Positions 24,141 through 39,400 of a stretch of DNA of 64,000 nucleotides are shown one piece after another. The DNA lies in NCBI GenBank assembly GCA_051294375.1, contig CM119265.1:964089-1028088 (forward strand). The letters are read 5' to 3'. Every line of letters begins with the position of its first letter. The stretch's first letter is position 1. The notes under the pieces were generated by a model. The model did not search any database. It was given only the letters and a program-made list of their open reading frames with translations, and was not told the DNA's origin. Both the position numbers and the translations under genes were made by a program. This DNA comes from Paraspadella gotoi. Taxonomy: Eukaryota > Animalia > Chaetognatha.

Positions 24141-24666
24141 TAAAATAAAAAAACTATAAAATTTATGGTATGATGATGATTTTTAAGGGTTTTCCCCCTA
24201 TTTGACCTACTTCTCATCGAAATATTGAAAAACTAGACAACTGAAAAACTAGATAACTTTGTATGGGCTATATGAATTCGTTCTTAAAAAATAAAATTTT
24301 TACAAAAAAAAAAATTGATTGCCTATGCTTCACTAATTAAAAAAGTGATAGTAAATATTGAAGTATAGGATGGACAAATTAATTTTATATTACAGAACTC
24401 CTAATGATAAAAAGTGATCAATTTATGCCCGCTTCATTATACACGCTCCCAAAGCAGTTTACGGTCCTTCTCACGCTTTCTGTTGTATCGGTATCAGGTT
24501 GGGATTGAACCCGCTACCTGATCCGATGGCTTTTATCAATGTGCCACCGGGTCACAACTGAAGGATTGATATTTCTATGCTGGGCTAACCTGGGCAATGC
24601 CCGCTTCACATCTTTCTTCAACCCATTCATCTTAATTTTCCTTCACCTCATCCAGACGACTACGAC

Positions 24667-27600
24667 ATGGCCCCCTCTTCCTCAACCATCCCTTACCCTT
24701 TTTGTCCCTCCACGCGCCTCATCTTTGCCACGATGGTTGCACTCGGCGCCTTCACAATTTACGCTCAACGAGTCTGTCTCAGCATCTCGCTCGTGGCTAT
24801 GGTGGAGTGGCACCCGGAGATGGACCCTGGAGCGGGTAAGGTGGAGCCATGGAGTTGGGTGGGTTTGAGGGAGGGTTGGGGTTATTTGCAGGTGTGAGGT
24901 GGGGGAAGAAGATTGGAGTTGTCGTAAGGGAATTCTGGAGCAGGAATAAAATTTCAACTGGAGCCTCCAGTGGAGGCGAAATTCTATGAAATTGGTTCAA
25001 CCAAAATCATCAATTTATATACATAATAAATGAGCTCGTATATCTTGGCTCCGACTTATTAAAAGCGATGTGGGTTCTAGCCGCGCTTTGGGGCATCCTT
25101 GGTAGAGCTAGAAGGGGTAACCAACTACTTGTATTGACTAAAAAAGAACTAACCAGCTAAGTCCTAAGGTAGAGTTTAAAGTTGAGTTTAATCTGAAAAA
25201 AAAGTAGCAATTTTAAGTAAGTGATATGATGATATTATATCAAACTTTTTCGTGCCATTTGGATATAAATATTTTCTTTGACATCTGTTTTGTTTCGATT
25301 CAGATACCGATTTAGCGGCGATGAATACAACGAATACGACGACGACAGAATCGGACAAGCGGCACTGGGATTCGCGAATTCAAGGTTAGGATTTTTCAAT
25401 TTGTCTAATCGATTTTGTAGTCGTGTAAATTTTACGGCGAAACAAAATTGAAAACTAAGACGAAAATGGGAATTGATCTATTGGTTTACACAGTGCACAC
25501 ATACTAAATCACTCAGATAATGTGAATAAACGAGACTGTGAGAGTCTTGATTGAAAGCTTGCAGGGACCTGCTATGTCAATATCTTGTAATAATAATAAT
25601 AACCACCAAAGCCTGTCCAAAGTTAGGGTCAAGATAGCTTTTTTATTAAATGAATGGATAATTTTTATATAGGTTGCACCTATTTCATAATTATTCACTC
25701 ATTCTTTTGTGAATCGTGATTCATTTACTCATTGCATAGTATATGTCATCTATTTTCTGCCTTTTTCCCTCAGTCTTCTTTTTTCTTTTTTTCTCGCTAA
25801 TAAAATTAATTATTCTATTTATTTTTAAATATTAATATTATCCTGAACCCCCACGCCCGAAAGGTTCCGTCCTTGCCTCCTTCTTCTACGGTTACATCTT
25901 CACTCAAATTCCCGGCGGATTCCTGACTCGTCGCTTCGGCGGTCGAATCATCTTCGCCGCCGGCGTATTCGCTTCCACGCTCTTCACGCTGGCGTCGCCC
26001 CTCGCTGCCAAAACTCATTGGCGGTTGCTCTGGGCGGCGAGATTCTTGGCCGGGTTTGGGCAGGTGAGGGACGGATAAAAATGTTCCTCTATGTTTAAAC
26101 TCCCCCCCTTCTTGTACCCTACGACTTTAGGGTCTCGTCTTTCCCACCGTCAACGGCATGTACTCTCTCTGGGTCCCGCCCGCCGAACGATCTTTCATGA
26201 TCGCCTTCTTGGAGGTCAGATGGTCGTTGGTGACAGCATTGTAATAGAATTGCCTCGTGACTAAGTTTTCTCCGCTTTTCGATTGGAACAATTTCAAAAA
26301 TTCGTTATGGAAAATTGATAAGTTGATTAGTGGAAACATGGTTTCTAAAACAAGGCATCAAAACGTTGTTGTTGGTTTAATTATAAACGTTGATAATGTT
26401 GTTATATCAGTTCTCCTTTTAATCATTTAAATAAACTTGAATATTCCTAAACGACAAATTATTTGTTATTTAGCCAAGACATATTGTTATCGTATTCGTA
26501 AAATTAGTTAATAAAATCTATGAAACGTAGGTGGGCGTCTTATTGGGCGTGATCATTCCACTTCCGGTCGCGGGCGTCATTTGCGATTCTATTGGATGGG
26601 AACTCGTCTTTTATTTGTTGGGCGGAGTTGGTCTCGTCTGGACGGTGAGAGAGAGACAGAGAGAGAGAGAAAGAGTTGGATTGGGTTGGGAGACCATTGC
26701 ATTGGGTTAAGAGATAAAGCGTTAGCCGAATGAGCTATTACCGCGCTGTTTAACAGATTAGCTTCATCCATCGGTAAGTGATATTAGGTCACTGCAACCT
26801 TACTAAAACATTCCAGGTAACCAAGACTCATAATGATTCACCTTCAGTTCGCTTGGCTCTTTTTGATCACCGACTCTCCCTCTTCACATCGTCGAATAGA
26901 CGAAGCGGAGAAGAAATATATCGAGGCCTCGTTGGAGAGGGAAGGGGGAAAAGGTGGGTTGGCTGGTATAAGGTGGTGGTTGGGATGGTGGAAGGAACGA
27001 TGAGAGCGGAGAGAACAAGGTGGGCGAATGAAAAAGGGAGTTTCGTGTTAAAAGGGTCGAGGGAACCAGGGTAAGTTTAAAGGTAAGGACAATCATAATT
27101 ATCAAGAGATAGAGAATAAGGAATATTCCGGAAGTTGATAATTCAAACTTTATTTTATTTGCAATTAATTCTTGAGTAAACGATCCTCCAAGGAATCTCC
27201 GGGTCGAATCGTGGACTCCTCGATTACCCTTGGCTCCACATCCTCTTCAGTCCAGCGACTCTGGCCATTTACGCGGCTCATGTTTCCTTCAATTGGACTT
27301 ATTTCATTTTTCTTACCTCAACTCCTAAATTTTTACGCGACGTATTCCAGGTGAAAGCGGGACAAAAATTACAGAATTATGATTAAAACAGTTATTTAAA
27401 ACATTACACCACGAGTCTTGAACTCTTGATTGTAATCTCGCAGGGTCCTGCTATGTTATTAATTTATTTATTGTAAGATAGCTTAGTTCATAAATGCAAG
27501 GATAATTTTACGATGGCTGTGCCAATTTCATATGTCTTTAAGTGATTATATTGCTTTAATATTTAATAAAATTTGTATGACGGAAATATAAATGGGATAA

Positions 27601-30600
27601 AGACGGATAGATAAACCCGACCATTGACGAACTCCCTTCTCGACTCCCTTTGTTTTTCAGTACGATATGAAATCTAACGGAATACTATCAGCTTTGCCAT
27701 ACGTAGCGTATCTTATTGTAGCGCTATTAGTAGGGAAGGCCGCTGATCGAATGACGCAACGGTGGATGACGACGGCGGCGACTAGGAAATTGTTCAACAG
27801 GTGAAATGGACAATTGGACATTGATTGTCGTTGGTTCAGTGAGCAAGAAAGGCGTGAAAGTTACGGATAAAAAGATAAGTTTATGACAACGGGAGGATTG
27901 CCCGTGATACTCGGGGGGAGGGGTATCTCACCAACTGGCGTAGGGGTTGCGGACCCTCGGTGACCGCCTCGTGTCACTGGCGTGATTACACCGGTCCCGT
28001 CACATTTAAGCCAGAACCAGGATACCACAGGGATCGAGCCAGGACTTACGGTTGAGATGATTTAGCCCGCTCAGCCCTTGCAGACGAGGCTGAGGACGGA
28101 GAACGTTGAGTCGTACTGCCACAAGGTCTTTATCGTATTCCTCCGCCTTTCCCCTTTCTTCCCTCCCTCTCTTCTTCTCCCCCGACTCTCCCCCACCTTC
28201 CTTCCTTCCCTCGCACTCCCTCCTCAGTCTCTCTCTCGGCCTGAGGACTCTCTCCCTCCTCCTTCTCTCTCTCTTCATCCACTCTCCCTCATTTTCAGTC
28301 GCCCTCGTCATTTGCGCAACTGGATTCGGCGGATTCGTCTGTTCAGGTGGTAAACATGATCACGTGACTAAACTATGAAACATTTGCGCAAGGATAGTTT
28401 TCTCGTGGGCAATTCCGTGATGTTTCGCACGGGTAAACTATTATTTATTAACTTTACGATTATGAAGCAATATGCATAAGTTCAACTACGCATTTCGTGA
28501 GTTATTTACTTCACAAAACGCCTCATTTTTTTCTTAAATTAGGAATTTGTTGTTTGTATGTTATTAATAATTGAAAATTAGGGTTGGGTATAGTAGCGGT
28601 AGCCGACCAAATTCAAATTTAATGGGACAGCATTAAACTAATCATTATTGGTATTAATTATTGTGTTAAAATATTTTTTTGCAAAAATGTTCCGAACCAT
28701 GAGTTAATTCGCTAATTAATATTATTATATCGTATATAATGTCAAAAATTTTTTTTGGATATTTTAAGTTTTTTAATTGATTCTGATAGAGCTTAAAAAG
28801 TTTAAGCAAAAAATATAATTACAACTGTTTTATTACTAAAAATTTAGTAAAAACTGCTAAAATCATCGGATGATGATGATGATTTTTAAGGTTTTTCTCA
28901 ATTTTAACCCACTTATCATCAAAATATTGAAAAAAATAATTATACTTTGTGTAGATAACTTTCATAAGCTATTTGAATCTGCTTTTAAAAATAAAAATTC
29001 AAAAAAATTTTTTGGACATTTCCTATCTATAAAAAAATAATAAAAATTAATTACAATGCTTTTGCCATTTTTAGAAAATTTTGCTCCATTGAAAGTTTTC
29101 TCAGAAATGTATGAAGTTTTCATTTGGAAAGGTTCCCAAATCAAACTTCTGACCCACATCATTGACGAAGTTTGGCTCTAGTTATAGCTTAAGGATTGAG
29201 TAAGTGATTAAGGTTAGAGATTAAGTTAATAATTAGGAGGTAAAGGATTAAGTATTTCATTGTAAATATGATGGACCGACAAACGAACAGACCAAGAAAA
29301 GGAAGGCGGCGAATAAAATCAGAATAGAATAAAATAAAAATAAAGTTCCTCCTTCCGCCTTTCTCCACTTTTTTCTAACCACTTTTCTCCAATCCCAATT
29401 TAATCCTTACCTTCCCCCCTTTCCTTTCCTCTTATGTGTTTCCCTCTTCCCTCTTCCTCTGACCTCTTCTTCTTGAATACAAAAAACATACCCTCTTTCA
29501 TTAAACCTCGCCTACATCTTCCCGCAACTACCCCTAATTTGTGTGTACAATCAAACTTCTCTTATAGCTTTTTCTTCCTCCTCTTTCTTTTTCCCCGGGC
29601 TCGCATCCTTCTCCTTTTCCTAATCCTCTCTTTCCTCTTTCCCGACAGTTACCTTAGCAGAGACACGTCACCTCTCTTAGTCTCAGACTCTCTTCGATCA
29701 TGAGAGTATGCTAACTATCCCTAAAAAGGGCTATCCACTAGTGCGCAAGGCCAACACCCCCTCGACATCGCCCCTCAATTCGCGGGCGTCGTCTTCGGCG
29801 TCTCCAACACTCTCGCCGCTTTCCCCGGATTCGCTGGACCAGAGATGATGGGGGCGCTGACTTCGGCCTTTCCCCCGACGGAGGCGTGGAGATACGTCTT
29901 CCTCATCAGCGCGGGAATAGAGGCCTGATCCCCAACTCCGATCCCTTATCCAAGGCTCGATCTCCTTACCCAAACCTCGATCCCCAACCTTAATCCTCAT
30001 CCAAGCCTCGATCCCCAACCCAATACCAAGCCTCAATTCCTTCATCCCAAGCCTCGATCTCCCAACCCCTTCAATCCCCCAAACCCCAATTCCCCTCACC
30101 GCAGGCCTCTATTCCCGCGCTGATGAGGAAGACGTATCTCCACGCCTCCGTCGGGGGAAAGGCCGAAGTCAGCGCCCCATCATCTCTGGTCCAGCGAATC
30201 CGGGAAAGCGCGAGAGTGTTGGAGACGCCGAAAGACGACGCCCGCGAATTGAGGGGCGATGTCGAGGGGGTTCACTAGGAAGCCTTTAGGGGGGTGAGAG
30301 GGGAGGGGGAAGAAGAGGAGGAGGGGAAGATGGGGAAGGGAAGAGGGAAACACATAAGAGGAAAGAAAAGGGGGGGAAGGTAAATTTGGATGGAAAAGTG
30401 GTTAGAAAAAAGTGAGAAAGGCGGAACTTTATTTTTATTTATTCTATTCTGATTTTATTCGCCGCCTTCCTTTTCTTGGTCTGTTCGTTTGTCGGTCCAT
30501 CATATTTACAATGAAATACTTAATCCTTTACCTCCTAATTATTAACTTAATCTCTAACCTTAATCACTTACTCAATCCTTAAGCTATAACTAGAGCCAAA

Positions 30601-32410
30601 CTTCGTCAATGATGTGGGTCAGAAGTTTGATTTGGGAACCTTTCAAATGAAACTTCATACATTTCTGAGAAAACTTTCAATGGAGCAAAATTTTCTAAAA
30701 ATGGCAAGAAGCATTAGTAATTAATTTTTTATTATTTTTTATAGATAGGAAATGTCCAAAAAATTTTTTTGAATTTTATTTTTAAAAGCAGATTCAAATA
30801 GCTTATGAAAGTTATCTACACAAAGTATAATTATTTTTTTCAATATTTTGATGATAAGTGGGTTAAAATTGAGAAAAACCTTAAAAAATCATATCATCAT
30901 CCGATGATTTTAGCAGTTTTTACTAAATTTTTAGTAATAAAACAGTTGTAATTATATTTTTTGCTTAAACTTTTTAAGCTCTATCAGAATCAATTAAAAA
31001 ACTTAAAATATCCAAAAAAAATTTTTGACATTATATACGATATAATAATATTAATTAGCGAATTAACTCATGGTTCGGAACATTTTTGCAAAAAAATATT
31101 TTAACAACAATAATTAATACGCAATAATGGTAGGGTATCAAGATGGCATTTAGATTTTCAAAAACGTTTACACAAGTGATCACACATATATATACTTTAA
31201 TTTAAAACACCTTTTATTTCGATTTGAAATTTTCAACATGAGAGATCCCGGTTCGATTTTTATCTGCTCCGAAATTATGCAAATTAGCTTAAGATCGAAT
31301 TTGTCAGATAACGATGACGCTCTTTATTCGCGTATTTTAAACGTTTATAATTGTAATATTATAAATAATTAAATATTAAAGTTTTTTAGAATATATATTT
31401 TATAAATATAAATAGTTATAGTATTTATACTAATATAAATAAGACAAAATAGCATTTAAACGAGAGCTTGAATGCTTCTTTACCTACTAAAATAGAAAAT
31501 CGAACAGATTTATGCATAAAACATAAAATTAACTATTTTGCTTGCTTAAAATCCTTATTACATATTATAAACTTTATAAATTATATAATTCAATTGTTTA
31601 AGTTACCATTATATGTGCTTTAATAAAAAGGTAAATAAGAAAAAACTTGATAACTAAGAGAAAATAAGCAATAAAAGTAAAATATTAAGATAAATAATAA
31701 TATTATAATATTATCAAAAATATTATTAAACAATATTAATAATAATATAAATAATATTAATATAACTATAATTAATTTAAAAAAATGATATTTTAAAACT
31801 ATTTGCAAAGAAACAATTTAAATTGTTTAAATTCTTAATGAATATTTTCTATAGCCAAATCCTNNNNNNNNNNNNNNNNNNNNNNNNNTGAGGATTGGGT
31901 TGAGGGGATTAGGGTTGGGGTTTTGGATGAGGGGATTAGGGTTGGGGATTGAGAATATGGATGAGGGGATCGAGGATTGGGATAAAAGTGAGGATTGGAT
32001 TCAGATCGAGAGATACACAAGAAGATGAGCATTTCGCTTGTGTTTGTCTCTCTTACTTAATATAGAAAAGTCAGCTGGAATCATAATCATAATTAAAAGT
32101 ATGAATTAGTAATATAATAATTGAAATATTAATTATTTAGCTATGTATAATATAACAATATTAAACCTTCAAGGCAATAGAATCAAAATTTTACAACAAT
32201 ACGCAATAATCCACAAATTAATCAGCTACGATTATACTTGGTCATTCAGGACTGATAGTCTTCGCCTGTTTGTCATCTGGTCAGGTGCAACCGTGGGCCA
32301 AGACCCCACCAGAGCATCAGGCCGTCTGCGCAAGCCCGTGGGCGGGCTGTCGCGAAGGCTGTCGTGCCGTCAGGGCTGAAGAGGATGAGGGAGGCATGGT
32401 GGCGCTATAA
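24667..32410 (+). CDS. SLC17 (sialin/Picot-like) MFS anion transporter; model incomplete around the fold-back region
   Basis: Exons encode RLIFATMVALGAFTIYAQRVCLSISLVAM (24667-), GSVLASFFYGYIFTQIPGG (about 25863-26063), GLVFPTVNGMYSLWVPPAERS, GWELVFY, TDSPSSHRRIDEAEKKYIE (26848-), YPWLHILFSPATLAI, SNGILSALPY (27661-), LDIAPQFAGVVFGVSNT...WRYVFLISA (about 29750-29926) and last exon 32250-32410 GLIVFACLSSGQVQPWA. All are SLC17 hallmarks. Confidence 0.9.
29927..31129 (-). repeat. Inverted (fold-back) duplicate of about 28643-29926, probably an assembly or amplification artefact
   Basis: 30103-30270 is the reverse complement of the SLC17 exon, and about 30340-31129 mirrors about 28643-29450 with small indels. 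Confidence 0.85.
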
Positions 32411-33914
32411 GGAAAAAAGGGGAGGGCGTTAACAATGTATAGATGTATATATTAGATACTGTAAGTTTTGAAATTGTTTACCAGCATACATTTATTTTAA
32501 GTTTATATTTAATATTAAATTATAATTTTTGATTTTTCATATTTTTGATGTTTTTCGTTCAAAATTTGATTTAAAAGTAAACTTTAGCCAGTTAAGTAAT
32601 TATTATTTGACAAGGTACAGTTATTTTTAGCTACTTTATAAGTTTGATAGTGAGAATTACCATGAAATACGAAAGGGATTTGTCAAAAAGAATTTTCAAA
32701 ATGTTTGTAGTCGGGCATTGCATAAAGCCATCAGGTCAGAGTCATGTTTATAATCGGGGGTGAATCTGGCCGACTAATTATCATTAATGCTGATCTTTAA
32801 TTTACGAGTTAGTTGGAAAGTTTTTAAAATATCTTGTGGTAATTATTGTAATTAAGGATTTGTTAAAATTCGGTGCCATGTTAACATAAAAAAAGTAAAT
32901 TGTAACAGAAAATAATAGAGTCGCTGGTTAACGTTGAGGTCACATGATCCGTTTGTCTTTTGTTTCGTTTGAATTGAAATCGATCCTCGCTCGATTCTCG
33001 AGAGGAAAAATATGAAATGAAAATAAATGGTAGATAATTTGAGAGATATGAAATAACTTTAAATAAAATCATCATAATTATTTTTTTAGTTTTTGTGATA
33101 ATAGAAGAAAAAAGAACGCGAGCAACATAATATGAAAAAGTGTTTAATATGCATTAAATCATTTAGGTGAAATATGAAAAATAAAATGATTCTAAAAAAC
33201 AATTCTTTATTTTTTATTTTTCCTTTTTTTTTCCTTTTCACTTTTAATCTTTTCATTTTTTTCCTTTTTAAATCGCAACAAAAGAGAAAAAAAAATCTTG
33301 TTTAGGTTTTTTTTTAATTCGCGTCTGAAAAACGGAAAATAGTTCGACTGTGGGAATTTCCCTGATTTGTCCTTTTTCAATTTATTCATTATTTTTTCTC
33401 TCTTTCTTTTATTTACGCTAAATCGATTTTTATGGTGTTAAATCACTTTATTCACAAGTAAAAATCTGAATATAATAGGGCTAATTTGATAAAGTTTAAG
33501 CTTTTAAATATATTCAATCTGTCAAGCTAAAAGTTTGTATTCTTATCATTATTCTTATATGTTTAAAAATCGCAGTTAAATGATTTAAATATTTTACGGC
33601 GAATAGTTTTAACCCTGTCGAAGTGTAGCGAGCGATCCCGTAAAATCCCACGAGTATTAAATGGCGATAGCGAGACGAAATCCGCATTTAGAGTAATCGC
33701 ATTTAACGTATTTGGTTGCAAACAAAATGTATTATCGAAGGGAAAGTAACAGAAAAGTCTGTTTTGTCAATGTTGTTTTTTTTTTTTTTTTGTTAAGTTT
33801 AATAAATTATTTATAATTTAAAAGGAAGATATTTAAAATCATGGTTGTCACTTTATTTCTTTTTTCTTCCTTTCTCCTTTCCTTTTTTTTCACTACCACG
33901 TCTCTCTCTCTACC

Positions 33915-34178
33915 CACTTTTCTCCTATCTTTTTTCCCTTTTTCTCCTATCTTTTTTCCCTTTTTCTCCTTTCTTTTTTCCCTTTTTCTCCTTTCTTTTT
34001 TCCCTTTTTCTCCTTTCTTTTTTCCCTTTTTCTCCTTTCTTTTTTCCCTTTTTCTCCTTTCTTTTTTCCCTTTTTCTCCTTTCTTTTTTCCCTTTTTCTC
34101 CTTTCTTTTTTCCCTTTTTCTCCTTTCTTTTTTCCCTTTTTCTCCTTTCTTTTTTCCCTTTTTCTCCTTTCTTTTTCC
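33915..34178. repeat. 22-bp polypyrimidine minisatellite (TTCTTTTTTCCCTTTTTCTCCT)n
   Basis: Direct repetition; source of the F/S/P-rich and K/R/E-rich spurious ORFs. Confidence 0.9.
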
Positions 34179-36490
34179 CCCCTCTTTCTTTCCTCCCCTC
34201 TCTACCCCCCCCCTTCACCTCCATACCTCATTGTTTCTCGGAGCAAAACAAAAAAATATCCGCGGTCGCGATCCAGTTTGACCGGAATTCATTTCGACAG
34301 AACTCGTAATCCTCGCCTGTCGTAACGATGATTCGTAAAGGATAAAAGCGTGAATGGTGTTACGACTGTTGGCGACGGAGTTGTCGTGTGGAGCCGTCCC
34401 GTCCTGTTTTTGGCGAATTAAAAGTCTTTATGGTTCACTTGGTTTCAGACGATGGCGGCGGCAGAAGACGTGGGGTTTAAAAAATATTGATATAAAATTA
34501 ATAATAATAAGAATATTTAATATGAGTAACGTTTCTTTTACATGAAACATAATTTTAAAACTATGGGGAACTCAAAACTTTTTAAGCGTTGTTCATAATT
34601 TATGATCATTATGACAATCATACTACGTCACCTCCACCTTCGTCTGAGAAATTTGCGATTGAACCCAGCGAGAGAAAGAAAGAGAGAGAGAGACTATGGA
34701 GTGAGAGAGAGAGACGAGCCAGACTCTCCTCTTCACGAAATTGCGGCCTTTAGTCACGGATCCGACGGCGATAAACAATAAACAGTAAAACTTCCAAAAT
34801 TTTGTCCCAAAAATAAACAACAAATTTTGACTCGTAAATTTTTTTATGTTTTTAAATTTTTTCCAAGTTTTGCAAAAAAAAAATTTAAAAAGAATAATAT
34901 TAATAACTCTTTAAATAATCATTTTTCATAATAACATAATGGTTAATGTTTTGGTTATCCCAATAGGTTTGTTATACAGAAACTATATAGTAAATCTATA
35001 CTTAGCTATTTTCTTTACTTTTATTTTCCCTTCTTTGCGTTTGAAGGCTAATTTATCCCCACAAGGTCGAGTCCAGGTCGCCATTCGATTTGCTCACCTT
35101 TTACTACTGCGATTTGACTCTCTCTAGTTTTCCTCTACTTCTTATTTAAAGTCTATTTTATAACAATGTCAGAATTTACCAAATTTGTTTCTAAATGACT
35201 TCAAAAAGGGATCTATGAAGGTTAATTTTTGTCATTGGAAAAAATTACCGTAAAATTCTATTTTATTTTTATCCTTCCCGTCCTCTTACCTCTCTTTTCT
35301 CTTACCTCTTACCTCTCTTTCCTCTCTCTCTTTCCTCCTACCTTCTGCGCCCTTTCTTTTCTTCTTATCTCTCCCCTCCCTCCCTCATCTCCTCTGCACT
35401 CTCTCTCCCTTCTCCCTCTCCCCTTTTCACCTGTCTCTCTCATTCTCATTTTTGAGTCAAACGACCACAAGTTTTCTCCAAACTCAATTTTTCTCTTTTT
35501 TTCTCAGTTCGAATCAGCAAAAAAAAGTCAAACGCGTAGTTTTTCATAGGTTCTAATTAAGTAACTATGGACCTTGAGAACTGTCGTTACGGGATATTCG
35601 ATCGTTTTTGTCGATAATAATGATGGGCCCGAGCTATTTTGAAAATACGTCGAAATGCCCCTGGGGTTGTTTTTTCGATTTAAAACTCTCACTGTAGTAA
35701 TATCATCAGTATTTAAATTAATTAAACTTTACGTATTCATGTTTGTTTTAAATTGAGTTGGAAATTAACCCCGATTGGCTCACAAAACAAACAGAAATCA
35801 CCTCGTGAACCGAATAAACTTATCAGTAATTTTTTTTTTCCTTTTTCGTCATAACAAACTTATTCACTTTACGGTTCATCGTGACTTTTTAGTCCTTGCG
35901 CGTGTTCTTTGTTTTGCATGCGAAATTTACACGTGCTAATTTTATTTGCACGTCATTGATCATGCTTTTTCGAGCTTTTTCGGATTTTAGCTACACTTGG
36001 TTTGTTATTTCGTTTCATTTCTTTCACAATTTATATTAAATTTTATTCAATATTCCAATCCCATAGCGCCAAATTCCGCTCATTCAAAAACCCTCCCCTT
36101 AAATACTAAGCCTTTCTTTCAAAATGTTTTGCTTCTTGTAAAAATTTTGACGACCGACGAAAGGATTATCCATTGTTGTGACCGGAAAATCTCCGTGTCG
36201 CCCAATATTGTAGTTTTCATTGTAACTTCATCCGATTGGATATTCCCTCTTTTGTCTTGCAAATTTTTTTTCCCACCAATGAAATTTGCATAAACCCATT
36301 ATTCACAATTCCATGTTTTTTATCGTTTGGTTGGTTATTAGCTTATGGCTATTCCTTACAGACTCTGGAAGACTTTTCATTATGATATATATATATATAT
36401 ATGTGTGTGTGTTTTAGTTATTATTAATAAAATAGGATAACTTTCTTTGAATTTTTCCAGGAGGTTGAGTATATCGTCCCGGCGTCGACG

Positions 36491-39400
36491 ATGTCGCATT
36501 CTCAATTCGACCAATCGCGAGGCTCCAATCGTCGCCCCGTTGTCGAAATCGACGTCAGCGACGAATCAACGTCGAGCAACGAGACCGTCGACCGTATCCT
36601 CCAATCAGAAACCCAGTTTCTGCATCGCGACATCGTGAAGAAATTCGACGGCCAATCGGACGCCCGCAATAGAGACACGCACCATGAGGAAAAACGTTAC
36701 AAAACTTCTGACCAATCATCGTCCTCGACGAAACTTTGTTCGCGCCGTTTCGACCAATCGTCGAGCGGTATGGAACATTATTCGCGTCAAAGCGAACGTT
36801 TTAATGATTATGCGGAACCCGTAATCTACAATCGCCATCAATTGACAAACAGAGAAAATGAAAGAAGTCGTAACCATTCATCGAATTCCATGGAGAATCA
36901 ACGCATTTCGCAGAATCGCTACCATTCAGCGATTTCTCCAGATCACCAACAATCAGCAACTGAACTTCGCCCGCGCAGTCGCCATCCATCAGCAAACTCC
37001 CTCGAATTCGGTCCCAGAAGCCGCAAACCCTCTTCGACCTCCAACGAACTTTATTCCCGCGGTTGTAATCAATCCACGAGTATTTCCGACCTTCAAACGA
37101 GTCGCAACAGTTCGTCAATGTCCGCGGAATTCTCTCGAAGTCGAAATCCATCCGCCACTTCCTCCAAACTTTCTAGAGAGACTCGATTGGAGTCTTCGGA
37201 CTCTCGTTCGCCTAACCAAGATCACGTGATCCAACCGGATCGTCACGCGGTCATTCCAAAGTCACATTCACGAGTGATGCCGTCACAACCTCAAGCTTCT
37301 TCTCGCAGACGATCGAGGAACTTGGACGACGAGTCACGACCTTCGAGTCGCCGCCAATCCGCCCTCATTCCTGAGCCATGTCATTCAAACTGCCGTCAAT
37401 CGGCGCCGTCTCCCGAACCATGTCGAAGGTCATGGCATTCTCCTCAACCATGTCCATCAATCCCAGATCAATCTCCCGATCCTTCTCCAGCAAACGGCCC
37501 ACAACATCCCGATCCTTCTCCATCAACGAGTTTACAATCGGCTCCTTCTCCCGAGCCGCGTCCCCCAAGCTGCTCGTCCGCGCGCTCTTCCAGGGAGCTC
37601 GTCTCCGCTTCCGAGATGCGAGAGTTGCTGCTGGAGAATCTGCCCGAGTCTGCCGTCGAAGCCATCATGGCGCGGGCGGCGAGGTTGGGGGCGGAGTGGG
37701 CGAGAAGAGGGGAGGAAGAGGAGTGGAGGGAGGAGGAAGAGGATGAGGAGGAGCGGTTGCCGGACATCGTGCCTTTCGATGGGTCGGCGGGGATGAAGCA
37801 GGACAAGGCACGAATGGACAAAGTGAGAGAGGACAAAGGAAAGGACAAGAATGGAAACGATCACATTGGAAACGAGACAAATAACCTGCCAAATGATTTT
37901 CAAGAGGAAAATAAGAAGAGTAAGAAAAATAAACAAAATGACATCGATCGAGAGAAGAAAAGTAGGATCGATGATGATGAGCGGCGCTGCGAGACGAGAA
38001 GATCGAAAAAATCAACAAAAGGTCAATGGAAAAGGAAAAGTTATTCCGACAACGAAGTCGATAAAAGAAGATTAGAAGAAGATGAGAAAAATGAAAAATA
38101 CGATAAATATTACGATCAAAATGCGGAGGTTTATGAAACGCGAGAGCGGATCCACGATAACTATGACTACTACGATAAAAACTGTGAGAGGGAAAGCGAT
38201 CAAAATCTTAACCGTTGCGGGAATATCGAAGTTCTTGTGAAAAAGGATAAAGATAAGCGGAGAGAGAAAGTCTCGCGATACGAAGAGGAACGGAACGAGA
38301 AAGACGACGACGACGACGACAGAATTAAACCGGAAACGAATGAAAAAGAGGAGGAGGAGGAGGAAGAAGAGGAAGAGGAGGGGTTAGAGGGCATGGAGTT
38401 GGTGCCCTTTCGTCGTCGGGTGGAGGACGACGACGACGACGACGAACCCGTCGTCGGGGCCGCCATCATGACCAAAGTAAATTAAAGTTCGTTTTGCGAT
38501 TGGTGACCAGAATTTTATTTCATCAAATTAGCAAAAATAATAAGATTTCGATGTGTAATTTTTGAAAAAAAAAATGATTAAAAATCTAATAATTGTCTTA
38601 ATTAAATAAATGAAGCATATTATATTATATATATATATTATATATTTTCGAATAAAATATATATTCCAGAAGACAACAATGTCCCCATCCCAAACATTGA
38701 TAAATAATGTTATATTTAAATATTTAACACAAAAATATTATAACAAATAAATAAGATCATGAATAAAAAATAAAAAATTAAGATAGTAAAACAAGTAATT
38801 TTACAATTTTCTTAAATCTTTTTATAATTATGTAATAAATATCTAATAATAGATAATTTATTTTTCTACCACCAGGTGATCCAATTATCGGGCGTCGGTG
38901 ACGACGGAATGAGAAACAATTTGGCGACAATAACAACAACAACAATTCGATCCGACTCCAATTCGAAAGAATCGACTCCATTCGGGAAAGGAGCATCGCC
39001 TGTCAGGAAAGGAGCTTCGCCTGTTAGGAAAAGTGAGTCGCCTGTCAAAAGCTCTTCCGAAATTAGAAATTCCCCACCGAAAAAGGAATTGTCGCCTGAT
39101 GAGAAAATAGCATCGCCTGATAAAAGAGCATCGCCTGATAAAAGAACAGCACGAGAAGAAAAGTCATCTGAAAACTCTGAAGATGATTCATCTGTAAAAC
39201 TACAAGCTTCTCAGATGAAATCATTTTCCGACGAAATATCTACAGGCAGCCAAGCATCGAGTAAAGATTCCTCGCCCGCTCAGCGATCGCCCGTCGTCGC
39301 TGCGAGCAAAGATTGCTCTTTTGTTCAAGATGCGATCAAAGCCTCGACTCCAGTCAGTTATGCGAGCAAAGATTCTTCGCCCGCGTCTCGTGCGAACAGA

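Noticed and set aside
23829-24217. ORFs spanning the poly-N run
   Set aside because: Artefacts of the assembly gap.
30100-30270. Second, antisense SLC17 gene copy
   Set aside because: Part of a fold-back duplication with indels next to a gap, most likely artefactual.
33841-34309. Phe-rich and Lys/Arg-rich ORFs
   Set aside because: By-products of a 22-bp polypyrimidine minisatellite.
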